From: an uncultured Bacteroidia bacterium
Lineage (GTDB): Bacteria; Bacteroidota; Bacteroidia; Bacteroidales; ML635J-15
Direction of reading: 5' to 3'
Assembly: GCA_902776565.1 (NCBI GenBank)
Contig: CACYQN010000007.1
Span: 122,246 to 186,245 of the forward strand
DNA: 64,000 nucleotides
This document shows, one piece after another, positions 32,945-44,245 of this stretch (within the stretch, counting starts at the first letter, position 1; each line of letters opens with the position of its first letter). The position numbers and the translations under genes are program-made. The notes under the pieces were generated by a model. It saw nothing but the letters and a program-made list of their open reading frames with translations. It was not told where the DNA came from and ran no database searches.

Positions 32945-32950
32945 AGTTTT

Positions 32951-35062
32951 TTATCGGATTTCAATCTTTTTTGTAGTGCAGTTTCCGTATTTATCGATTA
33001 CCTTTATTATATATGTACCACCGCTTAAGTTAGAAGTGTTAATTGTGTGAATGTCCGATTCAATCTCCGACTCGACAATGCAACGTCCTGTTATGTCGTA
33101 CAATGTCAAGTGCGACAAGTTGTTGCCTTCTATTATGACTTCTGTTGTTGCAGGGTTGGGGTATATGGCGATGTCGTCCATGTCTATCTCATGTCTGCTT
33201 GTTGGTTCTCCAACCGAGTATGCAATCTTGAATCCGCCTGCACGCCCATTAGCGTCGGTTGAGAATGAAATTGATGCGTACTCTCCGTCAAAACTTATTG
33301 CTTCTGGAAGAGTGTCACCTGAAAATTCGGCAAATAATCTTCCGTTACGCAAAATCCTCACAAAGTCTTTTCCGTATTCTGTATCAAGTTCCAAAAACTC
33401 AAAAGTAAAGTTTGATGTGCTATCTGGCCTTATTTTCCAAGTGCAACTTGTATTGTTGTTGTAGTTCCAACGTCCGCTTCCGTCCTCTATGGTGTCTGTC
33501 ATTTCGGTAAGATTCAATAGCGACTTGCAGAATTTTGGCTTAACAGGTTCATACGATATTAGCCAGCCGTCGCCCGAAGCTGTTTCGTCGGAAACAAACT
33601 TTATTAGCATCGAAGTGGAATTTATCTCGTAACTTTCCTCTATGGCATCTTCGCCGAATATGCTGGCTACAATAGGAGCGTCCTCGTCGTCGCCTGCGTA
33701 TATGATAATGTAGTCGGTGGCATCAATGTCGAACTTTTCAATCTTAACAGTATATCCCGAAACTGAATCGTGTTGCGTTATATGCCACGAGCAGTCGCTT
33801 TCGGCAGCATAGTCTCCAAGCGGACCGCTACCATCCTCTATTGTGCCTTCGTAGAAGTTGATTTCCTTGAGTCCTTCGCAGCTTTGGTTTTCGTATTTTG
33901 GTGTGGCATTGATGATTACCTCGTGTGCAAGTCGGAAGTTTGAACCACCTGGCGACAAATTGCTGACAGTGAAAAATCCATCATAGGAACCGCCCCATCC
34001 CCAGTTGATATGGTAGCGTGTGGAATCGCTGTATCCGTCGAATACGAAGGCGTGTCCGCTCTCATATACATAGTCGCCCCAGCCTGCATAGTAAAGCGGA
34101 ATCTTCCTGTCGAGATGGTTAACCAGAATGCCGTTCCAGATTGAGTCGGGAATAACGGTGTCGTTCTCGATGTTGTCGGGGATTACCGTCGGCAGGCTGT
34201 CCTTGAAGATGTACCTAGCTTCATCGCTGTAGCCAAAGTAGTTGCGCATAGTGTAGGCTCCCTTGTGGTTGTTCATACCGCTACCATTTGGACCATAGTT
34301 CATATCAACAGATACGCCTATGTTGTAGAGCAGACGTGCAAGGTTTTCGTTGTAGTCGGTTGGTTTCACAGGCATAAAGTCGTAGTCGTAGTGCTGTTCG
34401 GCAAAGTTTACCTCCAGATGACCGTAGTCGGGATGGTCGTATCCGTAGCTTCCTGTACCCTGTGTCGGGTATCTGAAATAATTGAAAATCTGTGCAATAG
34501 CAGTTGCTACACAACCTACAACGACGTGTCCGTCGGCACCTCGTGAATCTTCGGGGCATTGGGTATTGAAATATTTGCCTTGGTTCCATTTTGTTATCAG
34601 AAGCGGAGATACGGTTCTAACTGCACGCGGCTGAAAATCGGCTTGCAGATAATATCGCCATTCGTCTTGGATATGCTGGCTTGGAACAACATTGTTCTTT
34701 ATGGCGTATGCAATTTGCTCGGAGTATGATTTTAACACAGCCTCTACACCCGGATGACGACCGTTTGCCTCACAGGAACTTTCGTGCGAGAATGCAAGCA
34801 ACGGCTCCACCGATTTATTTGCCGAGACAATCACAAATCCCGTCGGTTCAAGGTTATAGACATAAAAGACAGCTGTCCCGTCGTATGTTTCCGTGTAGAT
34901 ATTTGCAAACTTGTATTCGCTTGGATTTGAGCCTATTGCAGAGAACCGCTCTGTGATTATGTTCTGCGCTACAATTTTCCCTTCATCAATGCTAATGTTC
35001 TGTGGTAAAGCCATTCCCATTGAAGCTATCACTATTGCTACGAGCAAAATAATTTTTTTCAT
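32951..35062 (-). CDS. Peptidase C10 (streptopain/interpain-like) with Spi prodomain, two CUB domains and T9SS CTD
   Basis: WNQGKY, GCVATAIAQ (Cys), GHAFVFDGY (His), INWGWGG; CUB motifs CSWHI and CTWKI; IYPNPA CTD. Confidence 0.9.
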   Translation of the reverse strand: MKKIILLVAIVIASMGMALPQNISIDEGKIVAQNIITERFSAIGSNPSEYKFANIYTETYDGTAVFYVYNLEPTGFVIVSANKSVEPLLAFSHESSCEANGRHPGVEAVLKSYSEQIAYAIKNNVVPSQHIQDEWRYYLQADFQPRAVRTVSPLLITKWNQGKYFNTQCPEDSRGADGHVVVGCVATAIAQIFNYFRYPTQGTGSYGYDHPDYGHLEVNFAEQHYDYDFMPVKPTDYNENLARLLYNIGVSVDMNYGPNGSGMNNHKGAYTMRNYFGYSDEARYIFKDSLPTVIPDNIENDTVIPDSIWNGILVNHLDRKIPLYYAGWGDYVYESGHAFVFDGYSDSTRYHINWGWGGSYDGFFTVSNLSPGGSNFRLAHEVIINATPKYENQSCEGLKEINFYEGTIEDGSGPLGDYAAESDCSWHITQHDSVSGYTVKIEKFDIDATDYIIIYAGDDEDAPIVASIFGEDAIEESYEINSTSMLIKFVSDETASGDGWLISYEPVKPKFCKSLLNLTEMTDTIEDGSGRWNYNNNTSCTWKIRPDSTSNFTFEFLELDTEYGKDFVRILRNGRLFAEFSGDTLPEAISFDGEYASISFSTDANGRAGGFKIAYSVGEPTSRHEIDMDDIAIYPNPATTEVIIEGNNLSHLTLYDITGRCIVESEIESDIHTINTSNLSGGTYIIKVIDKYGNCTTKKIEIR

Positions 35063-35230
35063 ATCAGAAATATATTACGAACAAATCACAAATTTACTAA
35101 AAATTTGGATATGCCATTGTTTTATGGCAACAAAATGTGTGTCGGACGTTTGAAATTTAATTATCAATTTATCCATTGTCCATTATTAATTAATTATGTA
35201 ATTTTGCACCTTAATTTAATTAGGATAACT

Positions 35231-35818
35231 ATGTACGAATATATCAAGGGACTAGTCGCAGAACTCAATCCTGCATACGCGGTGATTGAGGCTGGTGGCA
35301 TTGGTTACTTTGTCAATATAAGCCTTACTTCGTATTCGTCGATGAAGCAGGGAGAACAGATGCAAGTGTATTTGCATCAGGTGGTTCGCGAAGATGCACA
35401 TCTGTTTTTTGGCTTTGTTACCAAAATCGAGCGCGAACTTTTCCGCCACCTTATTTCTGTAAACGGAGTAGGCCCCAACACCGCGCGTCTGATATTGTCG
35501 TCGCTTACGCCGCAAGAACTTACAAATGCGATACTTAGCGAGAATCTTGTCAAGTTGAAAGCTGTGAAAGGCATTGGCGCAAAGACTGCCCAGCGCATAA
35601 TTCTCGACCTCAAGGACAAGATAAATCTTTCGGGCGAAATAGAAAGTGCAGAAATTTTTGCTGCTTCGGACAATACAATCAAGAAAGATGCGTTATTAAC
35701 ATTAACCACTCTCGGCTTTGCTAAGGCTGCTGTGGAGAAAGTGCTTGACAAAGTTACGAAGGAAAAGCCCGATGCTTCCCTTGAAACCGTTATCAAGCTG
35801 GCGTTGAATTATTTGTAG
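35231..35818 (+). CDS. ruvA: Holliday junction branch migration protein RuvA
   Basis: MYEYIKG, VNGVGP, GIGAKTAQRIILDLKDK. Confidence 0.96.
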   Translation: MYEYIKGLVAELNPAYAVIEAGGIGYFVNISLTSYSSMKQGEQMQVYLHQVVREDAHLFFGFVTKIERELFRHLISVNGVGPNTARLILSSLTPQELTNAILSENLVKLKAVKGIGAKTAQRIILDLKDKINLSGEIESAEIFAASDNTIKKDALLTLTTLGFAKAAVEKVLDKVTKEKPDASLETVIKLALNYL

Positions 35819-35828
35819 AATTTGAACT

Positions 35829-38800
35829 TTGTTCGGTAGAGTATTAAAATATATTTTTGTCGGTGGACTTATGGCTGCGATGATGGTCGTAGCTTTTGTG
35901 CCCTCTAATGCCAAGAACGGCAGCAGAGGACATTATCCGTCGTTGCAGAAATTTGCGGAACTACCTGGTCCAGACGACGATACCACAAAGACCGAAGGCA
36001 ATGCCAAGTTCCCGCTCCCAAAGGAAAATGTAAATCCTTCCGACAATACCGACAACAGCCCTCTATATGGTTCCGACCCGTCGAACGTAAGCACTTCGGT
36101 GGAATACGACCCCGAAACCGACAGCTACAACTTCCAGAAGAATGTTGACGGAATGCCAATAGGTACGCCCTACAACATGCCTTTCGACGACTATGTGAAC
36201 TACAACTTCGAGAAGGCTATGAACTCGTACTGGCATCAGCGTGCGAAGAAAAACCGCGAGCAGAACCAGGAGATAAACACCAACTTGATTCCTCACCTCG
36301 AAGTAGGCGGTGAGATTTTCGACCGCATTTTCGGAGGAAACGTAATCGACATAAAGCCACAAGGTTCTGCCGAACTTACGCTCGGACTTGAATACACCCG
36401 TACCGACAACCCTGCTATCGACTCAAAGCAGCAGCGTCAGGTAAACCTCGACTTCGACGAGAAAATACAGATGAACGTCGTCGGACAAATCGGTACTAAG
36501 ATGAAAGTCAACATCTCCTACGACACCGAAGCCTCTTTCGACTTTGAAAACAACGTAAAACTCGAATACACAGGCGACGACGACGACATCATACAGAAAA
36601 TCGAGGCTGGTAACGTTTCGCTTCCTTTAACTGGAACACTCATCCAGGGTAGCCAGAGCCTTTTCGGTGTGAAGACCGAACTGAAATTCGGAAAACTGAC
36701 GCTCACAGGCTTGCTGTCGCAGAAAAAGAGCGAAACTTCAACCATCAACGTCGAAGGCGGAAGCACGACCAAGGAGTTTGAAATAAAGGCCGACAACTAC
36801 GAAGAAAACAAGCACTTCTTCCTGTCGCACTACTTCAAGGAAAACTATGACCGTTCAATGACGAACCTGCCTGTGATAATGGGCGGCGTTACAATCAACC
36901 GCGTGGAAGTGTGGGTTACCAACAAGACAGGCAACTACACCGACGCCCGTAACATCGTGGCTCTGGTTGACTTAGGTGAATCAAACAGCAACGACATACA
37001 GTCTATGTACGTTTCAAGTTCTCTGCACAACAACACGACCGTTCCGCCATACAACGACGTAAACATTCTTGGTAACTTGGCGCAGGACTATCCCGAAATA
37101 AGGGACATCAACACGGTTAGCAGTACCTTGCAGAACTTGCAGATGTCAGGCGGAACCGACTTCGAGAAAATTGAGTCGGCACGAAAACTTAACCCGTCGG
37201 AATATACCCTTAATGCACAGTTGGGTTACATTTCGCTCAATTCAAAACTAAATGCCGACCAGGTTCTGGCAGTCGCCTACGAATATACGGTCAACGGAGA
37301 AGTATTTACGGTTGGTGAATTTTCAAACTCAGCCATAGCCGCTCCACAGACTCTGATTGTAAAGTTGATTAAGGGAACATCGTTCACTCCTAGCAAGAAG
37401 AACTGGGACCTGATGATGAAAAACATCTACAACATCGGAGCATACCAGATTACTCGTGAGGACTTTACGGTTGACATACTTTACACCAACGACAAGACAG
37501 GTACCGACCTCACCTACATTCCTGCAGGAGCAATCGACAGCATACAGCTTTTGCGTGTGATGGGACTCGATAACTTGAACACAAACAACGACCCCTATCC
37601 CGATGGAATGTTCGACTACGTTGAGAACTTCACTATCAGCTCGTCGGGTGGACGAATAATATTCCCTGTGCGTGAACCTTTCGGTTCGTATCTGTACGAC
37701 AAGATTACTGGCGGAAACAGCGCGTTGAACAATGTTGCAGACGGCTATGTATTCCCCGAACTGTACGACAGCACCAAGAGCAAAGCTCAGCAGATGGCCG
37801 AGAAGAACAAGTTCAAGCTCAAAGGCCGCTACAAGTCAAACAGCAGCAGCGAAATTTCGCTCAATGCAATCAACGTTCCGCAGGGAAGCGTTTCGGTCAC
37901 GGCTGGTTCTACTCTGCTGGTAGAGAATGTTGACTATACGGTTGACTACAACCTTGGCCGTGTTAAGATTCTGAACCAAGGTATTTTGGAAGCTGGAACA
38001 CCTATTTCCATAACCCTTGAAAGCAACTCTGTCGGAAGCATGCAGACAAAAACCCTTACCGGTCTGCACGCCAACTACGACTTCTCCAACAACTTCAACA
38101 TCGGAGCGACAATATTGCACTTGAAGGAAAAGCCGATGACACAAAAGGTTAACATTGGCGAAGAACCTCTGTCGAACACAATCTGGGGAGCAAACCTCTC
38201 GTACAGAACCGACTGGCCATTCCTTACAAAAGTCATTGACTTCCTGCCGCTTATACAGACAAAGGAAATGTCAACCGTGACATTCAACGCCGAATTTGCA
38301 CAGTTGCTTCCCGGTCACTCGAAAGCCATAGGCAAGGAAGGTGCCGCCTACATCGACGACTTTGAAAGTTCGAAGATTACAAACGATGTAAAGAGTTATG
38401 TCAGCTGGTCAATCGCAAGTACGCCAAACGATTCGATACTGTTCCCCGAAAGCTCGAAGATAAACGACCTTGATTACGGCAAGAACAGGGCGCGCCTGTC
38501 GTGGTTCGTTGTTGACCAGACCTTGCACGAAAGCTCATCAACTATAAGCATTGAAGACCGTTCAAGCCATTATACCCGACTTGTTTACGAAAAGGAACTT
38601 TTCCCCAACCGCGAAAGCGAAAGCGCAAACCTTGAGAAGAATCTTGCTCCGCTGAACCTTGTTTTCTATCCAAACGAGAAAGGTCCTTACAACTACGATG
38701 TTGCAGGAATGAACTCGTTGGGCTTGCTTGAAAATCCGCGCAAACGTTGGGCTGGTATCCAGCGACAGCTCACTACTACCGACTTCGAGGATGCCAACAT

Positions 38801-41800
38801 CGAGTATATTGAGTTCTGGATGATGGACCCGTTTGTCGAAGATTCTACCAACCCCGGCGGTGACCTATATTTCAACCTTGGCGACATAAGCGAGGATATT
38901 CTGAAGGACGGAAGAAAAGCGTTTGAACAGGGACTTCCCGCTCCGTCGCTTGAAAATCCAGTTGACACAACAGCTTGGGGTATTGTACCTAACAGCCAAG
39001 CACTTGTAAGCGCATTTGACAACAGCGCCGAGATTCGTTTCGCACAGGATGTCGGTTTTGACGGTTTGAGTACCGAAAACGAAACAACTTTCTTCAGCGA
39101 CTACTTGGAACAGGTGAAAACCATGTTCGGCGAAAATTCCCAAGCCTACCAGATGGCACTTGCCGACCCCTCGTCGGATAACTTCCACCACTACAAGGGT
39201 AGCGATTACGACGAACAGGGTCTGAACATACTTCAGCGCTACAAATATTTCAACGGATTGGAAGGCAACTCAATACCGCGTGAATATCAGACCGAGACCT
39301 ATATCACCAACTCTACAACAACTCCTGATGTTGAGGATATAAACAGGGATAACACCTTGAGCGAATCGGAAAATTTCTTCCAATACCGCGTCAGTATCCG
39401 TCCGCAAGATTTGATTGTTGGTCAGAACTACATCGCCGACAAGACAACGGTTACCGTTACGCTTGCAAACGATGAGACTTCGCAGGTTTCTTGGTATCAG
39501 TTCAAAATTCCAATTTCTGAATATTCAAAGAAGGTCGGTTCTATTTCCGATTTCAAGTCAATTCGCTTTATGCGAATGTTTATGACAAATTTCGATACCA
39601 CCACCTGCCTGCGTTTCGGAACACTTGACCTTGTTCGTGGTGAATGGCGCAAGTACGACGACTCTTTCCTCCAGCCAGGCGAATATGTAGTCAACGAATT
39701 GGAAAACACTTCGTTTGACGTGTCGGCGGTCAATATCGAGGAAAATGCAAGCCGTCGTCCTGTAAACTATGTGCTGCCTCCGGGCGTTACACGCGAACAG
39801 AACACAATGAACCCGCAGTTACAGCAGCTCAACGAGCAGGCAATGACCATAAAGGTGATTGACCTTGCCGACGGTGATGCACGTGCCGTTTACAAGAATG
39901 TTTACCTTGATGTAAGAAAATATTTGCGTATGCAGATGTTTGTCCACGCCGAATCGGTTGTCGGCAAGGACGAAATCAAGGATGGTGACATCAGCGTATT
40001 CGTGCGCCTTGGAACCGACTACAAGAACAACTACTACGAATTTGAAGTTCCGCTGAAGGTTACTCCCGAAGGCTATTACTATGGCGACGACACCGAATCT
40101 CCCGACAGATATTTGGTTTGGCCTGAAGAGAATGACATTAACATTGTATTCGAGGACCTTACCAAGGTTAAGGAAAACCGAAACGAACTTATCCGTCTCG
40201 GAAACCAGAACGTCGGCTTGACAAAACTCTACTACGAGATGAACGAGCGCGGAAGGATAAGCGTCATGGGTAATCCTACATTGTCCAACGTGCAGACAAT
40301 CATGATAGGTGTACGAAATCCGAAGCAGGTTACTCTCAATGGTGCCGACGACGGTCTGCCAAAGAGTGCCGAGGTGTGGGTAAACGAGTTGCGTCTTACC
40401 AACTTTAACGAAAAGAGCGGTTGGGCGGCTACGGCTCGCGCTACTGCAAAACTTGCCGATTTTGGTACGGTAACCCTTTCGGGAACAACCAAGAAGCCGG
40501 GATTCGGAGCTTTGAACTCCACTATTAAGGACCGTCTGACCGAAGAAATTTATCAGTACGACTTCTCATCAAGTTTTGAGTTTGGAAAGTTCTTCCCTGA
40601 ACGCTTCAATGTAAGAATTCCATTGTATGTAGCTGTGTCAGAGAATGTTTCAAATCCAGAATACGACCCGTTAAGCCCCGACGTGCTTATGAAGAATACT
40701 CTTAGCAATCCCGACATTTCAAAGGAATATAAGGACAGTATCAAGCACCTGTCGCAGGACTATATCAAGAGGACAAGCGTAAACCTTACCAATGTCAAGG
40801 TAAACGGCAAGCAGGGACAGAAGCCGCACATCTATAATCTGTCGAACTTCTCGTTAAGCTACGGCTACAACAATATTTTCCAGCGCGACCCGAACACAGT
40901 TTTCCGCACCACGATAACACATACAGCTTCATTCTTCTACAATTACAACGCAACTCCGAAGATTGTGGAGCCGTTAAAGAATGTAAAGCTGTTCAAGAAA
41001 AAGGCATTCCAGATTCTCAGGGACTTCAACTTCTACTATCTGCCGTCACAACTTTCGTTCAGGACAAACCTCAACCGTCAGTATGGCGAAACACAGATAC
41101 GAAACGTATATGACCCGTCGTATTCGTTGCCAATAAGCGTAATAAAGGACTTTACAATAATCCGCCAGTACGACTTCAAGTACAACTTCTCGAAGAACTT
41201 GAAGTTTGAATATACCGCTACCAACAATGCCCGTATCGATGAGCCGGAAGGCCGTCTGTACAAGGGAGACCCCGAATACGAGCAGAAGATGGATTCCATC
41301 TGGAAAAACTTCAAGACTTTTGGTCGAAACACAAGTTTCTACCAGCAATGGAGTGCATCATACACATTGCCAATCAACAAGATTCCTATTTTCAACTGGA
41401 TTTCGGCAAGCGTAAGGTATCAGGGCTCGTACAACTGGACGGCTGGTGCAATAACTGCCGATACGCTCAACATCGGTAATGTCGTGCAAAATGCCAACAC
41501 AATGTCGGCAAGCACACAGTTCAACTTGCTCAACCTCTACAACAAGGTCAAATACCTGAAGGATGTAAACAACAAGTACCGTGGTCGTGCCTCAACCAAG
41601 AAGAAGGAAACCGAAACCGTTACTTACGAGGAGAATATCAACAAGCTGGCTGCTGGCAAGAAGAAGACAATAAGCCACAAGCTGAAGACCAAGAACGTAT
41701 CGATAAAGGTTACCGACGACAAAGGTCGCCCGATAACTGCCGATATGCAGGTAATTGACGACAACAAACTGTCGTTCACCGTCGAGAAGGATGTCGAGGA

Positions 41801-43292
41801 CATAAAGGTACAGGTTACTGGCAAGCGCGACAAGAAAGACCCTGTCATCAAGATAATTGCCGACAATATACTTGTGTTGCTTATGAGCGTCAAGAACGTT
41901 TCGGCAAACGTTAGCGAGACAAACGGAACCTTGTTGCCTGGCTATATGGGCAAGACCAAGCTGATTGGTATGTCGAAATATACGCCCGATGTGGAAATGT
42001 TCGGAGAACAGCCGTCGCTCATTGCTCCTACCTTCCCGTTTGTAATAGGATGGCAGGTAAAGGATTTCGGCGAATGGGCTTGCGAACATAACCTTGTCAC
42101 AAAGGACACCACTTCAATTCAGGCCTATACGCAGACACATTCGCGCAACTGGAACTTCCGTGCTTCGCTCGAGCCTGTCCGCGACCTTAAGATTGACTTG
42201 TCGATGTTGCACAACTATTCCGAGAACCAGACTAAATATTATAGGTATGGCATCGACCCGGCAACTGGCGAAGGCACATTCCGCGCACTTAACCCGTCGA
42301 TGACAGGTTCGTTCTCGATGTCAACAGTGACAATAAAGTCGGCATTTGAGAAGTTCAAGTCCGAAAATTATGTGTCCGAGACATTTGCAAGGTTCTCCGA
42401 AAACAGATTAATCATCGCCCAGCGTCTGGCAAACGAACGTCCCGACTACGACGGAACAGTTGACGAAGACGGATTCCCAAGCGGATTTGGACGCACGGCT
42501 CAGGACGTACTTATTCCTGCATTCTTCGCAGCCTACACAGGACAAGACCCAAATAAGGTCAACCTAAGTACTATTCCGGGCTTGTGGTCGGCACTTCCAA
42601 ACTGGCAGGTAGTTTACGACGGATTAAGCAAGATTCCGAAACTGAAAAAGGTATTCCGTTCGGTAAGCCTCAAGCATTCGTACCGTTCGACCTACAACAT
42701 CGGTAGTTTCCAGACACGTCTTATCAACGAGTACGACCCCGACGAGAACGGTCTGAACCATATCCGCGACGAACTCCACAACATCTATTCGCGCTACGTT
42801 GTCAACGGCATAAGCATAAGCGAGCAGTTGAGCCCACTCATTTCATTCGATATGATGCTCGTCAACAGTATGACTGTTAAGGTTGAAGTAAAGAAGACTC
42901 GTAACCTTACGATGAGTTTCTCGAACAACCAGCTTACCGAAGTCAAGAACAACGAACTTATAATAGGTGCAGGCTATCGTTTCAAGGATGTTGCGCTTAC
43001 AATAAGTGTCGGAGGTAGAAAGCGTGACCTCAAGAGCGACCTTAACCTGCGTTTCGACTTCTCGGCTCGCAAGCAGATTACAATGATACGAAAGTTGGAA
43101 GAGGCTCAGGACCAGCCTACATCAGGAAATATACAATATACATTCAAGTTGTCGGCAGACTATGTACTTAGCAACAGGTTCAACGTAAGTTTGTTCTACG
43201 ACCAAAGCATTAACAATCCGATTGTTGGCACATCGTTTAAGACTGTTAATGCAAAAGTTGGCTTAATGCTGAGATTTACTCTTGCTACTTGA
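35829..43292 (+). CDS. sprA: T9SS outer membrane translocon SprA/Sov
   Basis: 2487 aa; IDIKPQGSAEL, EYIEFWMMDPF, EVWVNELRL; ruvA-sprA-gcvH synteny. Confidence 0.93.
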   Translation: MFGRVLKYIFVGGLMAAMMVVAFVPSNAKNGSRGHYPSLQKFAELPGPDDDTTKTEGNAKFPLPKENVNPSDNTDNSPLYGSDPSNVSTSVEYDPETDSYNFQKNVDGMPIGTPYNMPFDDYVNYNFEKAMNSYWHQRAKKNREQNQEINTNLIPHLEVGGEIFDRIFGGNVIDIKPQGSAELTLGLEYTRTDNPAIDSKQQRQVNLDFDEKIQMNVVGQIGTKMKVNISYDTEASFDFENNVKLEYTGDDDDIIQKIEAGNVSLPLTGTLIQGSQSLFGVKTELKFGKLTLTGLLSQKKSETSTINVEGGSTTKEFEIKADNYEENKHFFLSHYFKENYDRSMTNLPVIMGGVTINRVEVWVTNKTGNYTDARNIVALVDLGESNSNDIQSMYVSSSLHNNTTVPPYNDVNILGNLAQDYPEIRDINTVSSTLQNLQMSGGTDFEKIESARKLNPSEYTLNAQLGYISLNSKLNADQVLAVAYEYTVNGEVFTVGEFSNSAIAAPQTLIVKLIKGTSFTPSKKNWDLMMKNIYNIGAYQITREDFTVDILYTNDKTGTDLTYIPAGAIDSIQLLRVMGLDNLNTNNDPYPDGMFDYVENFTISSSGGRIIFPVREPFGSYLYDKITGGNSALNNVADGYVFPELYDSTKSKAQQMAEKNKFKLKGRYKSNSSSEISLNAINVPQGSVSVTAGSTLLVENVDYTVDYNLGRVKILNQGILEAGTPISITLESNSVGSMQTKTLTGLHANYDFSNNFNIGATILHLKEKPMTQKVNIGEEPLSNTIWGANLSYRTDWPFLTKVIDFLPLIQTKEMSTVTFNAEFAQLLPGHSKAIGKEGAAYIDDFESSKITNDVKSYVSWSIASTPNDSILFPESSKINDLDYGKNRARLSWFVVDQTLHESSSTISIEDRSSHYTRLVYEKELFPNRESESANLEKNLAPLNLVFYPNEKGPYNYDVAGMNSLGLLENPRKRWAGIQRQLTTTDFEDANIEYIEFWMMDPFVEDSTNPGGDLYFNLGDISEDILKDGRKAFEQGLPAPSLENPVDTTAWGIVPNSQALVSAFDNSAEIRFAQDVGFDGLSTENETTFFSDYLEQVKTMFGENSQAYQMALADPSSDNFHHYKGSDYDEQGLNILQRYKYFNGLEGNSIPREYQTETYITNSTTTPDVEDINRDNTLSESENFFQYRVSIRPQDLIVGQNYIADKTTVTVTLANDETSQVSWYQFKIPISEYSKKVGSISDFKSIRFMRMFMTNFDTTTCLRFGTLDLVRGEWRKYDDSFLQPGEYVVNELENTSFDVSAVNIEENASRRPVNYVLPPGVTREQNTMNPQLQQLNEQAMTIKVIDLADGDARAVYKNVYLDVRKYLRMQMFVHAESVVGKDEIKDGDISVFVRLGTDYKNNYYEFEVPLKVTPEGYYYGDDTESPDRYLVWPEENDINIVFEDLTKVKENRNELIRLGNQNVGLTKLYYEMNERGRISVMGNPTLSNVQTIMIGVRNPKQVTLNGADDGLPKSAEVWVNELRLTNFNEKSGWAATARATAKLADFGTVTLSGTTKKPGFGALNSTIKDRLTEEIYQYDFSSSFEFGKFFPERFNVRIPLYVAVSENVSNPEYDPLSPDVLMKNTLSNPDISKEYKDSIKHLSQDYIKRTSVNLTNVKVNGKQGQKPHIYNLSNFSLSYGYNNIFQRDPNTVFRTTITHTASFFYNYNATPKIVEPLKNVKLFKKKAFQILRDFNFYYLPSQLSFRTNLNRQYGETQIRNVYDPSYSLPISVIKDFTIIRQYDFKYNFSKNLKFEYTATNNARIDEPEGRLYKGDPEYEQKMDSIWKNFKTFGRNTSFYQQWSASYTLPINKIPIFNWISASVRYQGSYNWTAGAITADTLNIGNVVQNANTMSASTQFNLLNLYNKVKYLKDVNNKYRGRASTKKKETETVTYEENINKLAAGKKKTISHKLKTKNVSIKVTDDKGRPITADMQVIDDNKLSFTVEKDVEDIKVQVTGKRDKKDPVIKIIADNILVLLMSVKNVSANVSETNGTLLPGYMGKTKLIGMSKYTPDVEMFGEQPSLIAPTFPFVIGWQVKDFGEWACEHNLVTKDTTSIQAYTQTHSRNWNFRASLEPVRDLKIDLSMLHNYSENQTKYYRYGIDPATGEGTFRALNPSMTGSFSMSTVTIKSAFEKFKSENYVSETFARFSENRLIIAQRLANERPDYDGTVDEDGFPSGFGRTAQDVLIPAFFAAYTGQDPNKVNLSTIPGLWSALPNWQVVYDGLSKIPKLKKVFRSVSLKHSYRSTYNIGSFQTRLINEYDPDENGLNHIRDELHNIYSRYVVNGISISEQLSPLISFDMMLVNSMTVKVEVKKTRNLTMSFSNNQLTEVKNNELIIGAGYRFKDVALTISVGGRKRDLKSDLNLRFDFSARKQITMIRKLEEAQDQPTSGNIQYTFKLSADYVLSNRFNVSLFYDQSINNPIVGTSFKTVNAKVGLMLRFTLAT

Positions 43293-43348
43293 TAAAATAG
43301 TGTTATTTTTGGCGAATAAATTTTGTATTAACATTAAAAATAAATAAA

Positions 43349-43729
43349 ATGGCATTTCCAAAAGAATTAAAGTACGCAGAATCACACGAATGGTTGCGCG
43401 TAAACGGCGAAGAAGCTTACATTGGTATTACCGATTTCGCAGTATCAGAATTGAACGACCTCATCTACATTGAAATCGAGGTTGAAGGTGAAACTCTTGA
43501 AAAGGGTGAAGAATTTGGTGTTATCGAAGCATCAAAGGTTGCATCGAAGGTTTATATGCCAGTTTCTGGCGAAGTTCTCGAAGTTAACCAGGACGCTCTT
43601 GACAATCCTGAAATGTTGAAGGACGACGCTTACGAAAACGGCTGGTTGATTAAGATTAGAATGACCGACCCGTCACAGGCAAACGCTCTTCTCGATGCTG
43701 CAGCTTACGAAGCATTGACAAAGAAATAA
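43349..43729 (+). CDS. gcvH: Glycine cleavage system H protein
   Basis: LKYAESHEW, GITDFA, lipoyl-Lys in EASKVAS, GWLIKI. Confidence 0.93.
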   Translation: MAFPKELKYAESHEWLRVNGEEAYIGITDFAVSELNDLIYIEIEVEGETLEKGEEFGVIEASKVASKVYMPVSGEVLEVNQDALDNPEMLKDDAYENGWLIKIRMTDPSQANALLDAAAYEALTKK

Positions 43730-43750
43730 TAATTCATTACGGAATTAGAG

Positions 43751-43781
43751 AAAGCCACTTCGTTCGAGGTGGCTTTTTTTT
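43751..43781 (+). terminator. Intrinsic terminator after gcvH
   Basis: aaagccac-ttcgttcgag-gtggctttttttt. Confidence 0.8.
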
Positions 43782-43826
43782 GTGGAGATTACTTGTTGGT
43801 TTATACTCCCGCCCCTTTTCCTTGCA

Positions 43827-43901
43827 GTCATCGCGGAAGCTAGTCAAAGCACGCGATACGGCACGGGGAGCATTGCGGAGACTGCTATCCGCGATCTCCA
43901 C
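43827..43901. repeat. Structured ~75-bp repeat, unit 1
   Basis: GTCATCGCGGA...GATACGGCACGGGGAGC...ATCCGCGATCTCCAC. Confidence 0.8.
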
Positions 43902-44022
43902 GCACAAAGTACCGCACGTTTGTTTTTTGCCCAATTTAACGCCTTTAAGGTTTTTAACGACCTTAGGGCGAGGGGGCAAACAACATTGCGGTAATTTTCT
44001 CACCACAGACCCCAGCCATGTC

Positions 44023-44098
44023 GTCATCGCGGAAGCCAGAGCGCACACACGATACGGAACGGGGAGCGTTGTAGCGGTCGGCTATCCGCGATCTCCAC
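44023..44098. repeat. Structured ~75-bp repeat, unit 2
   Basis: GTCATCGCGGA...GATACGGAACGGGGAGC...ATCCGCGATCTCCAC. Confidence 0.8.
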
Positions 44099-44112
44099 AC
44101 ATTGCGGTAATT

Positions 44113-44245
44113 TCGACCCCAGCGGGGTCACATATATGTAGCAGCGATAGCTGCGATGGTAAAGCGCTGGCGCACGTTTTTGTGGTTCGACAGGCTCACC
44201 AACCATGCAAAAACTGTGACAGCGCACAATTTAGCAGACAACAAT
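44113..44245. mobile_element. MITE-like element, partial copy C (right half)
   Basis: gcgctggcgcac...caaaaactgtgacagcgcacaatttagcagacaacaat matches copies A and B. Confidence 0.7.

Noticed and set aside
43827-44245. CRISPR array
   Set aside because: Only two long divergent units, no regular repeat-spacer period and no cas genes
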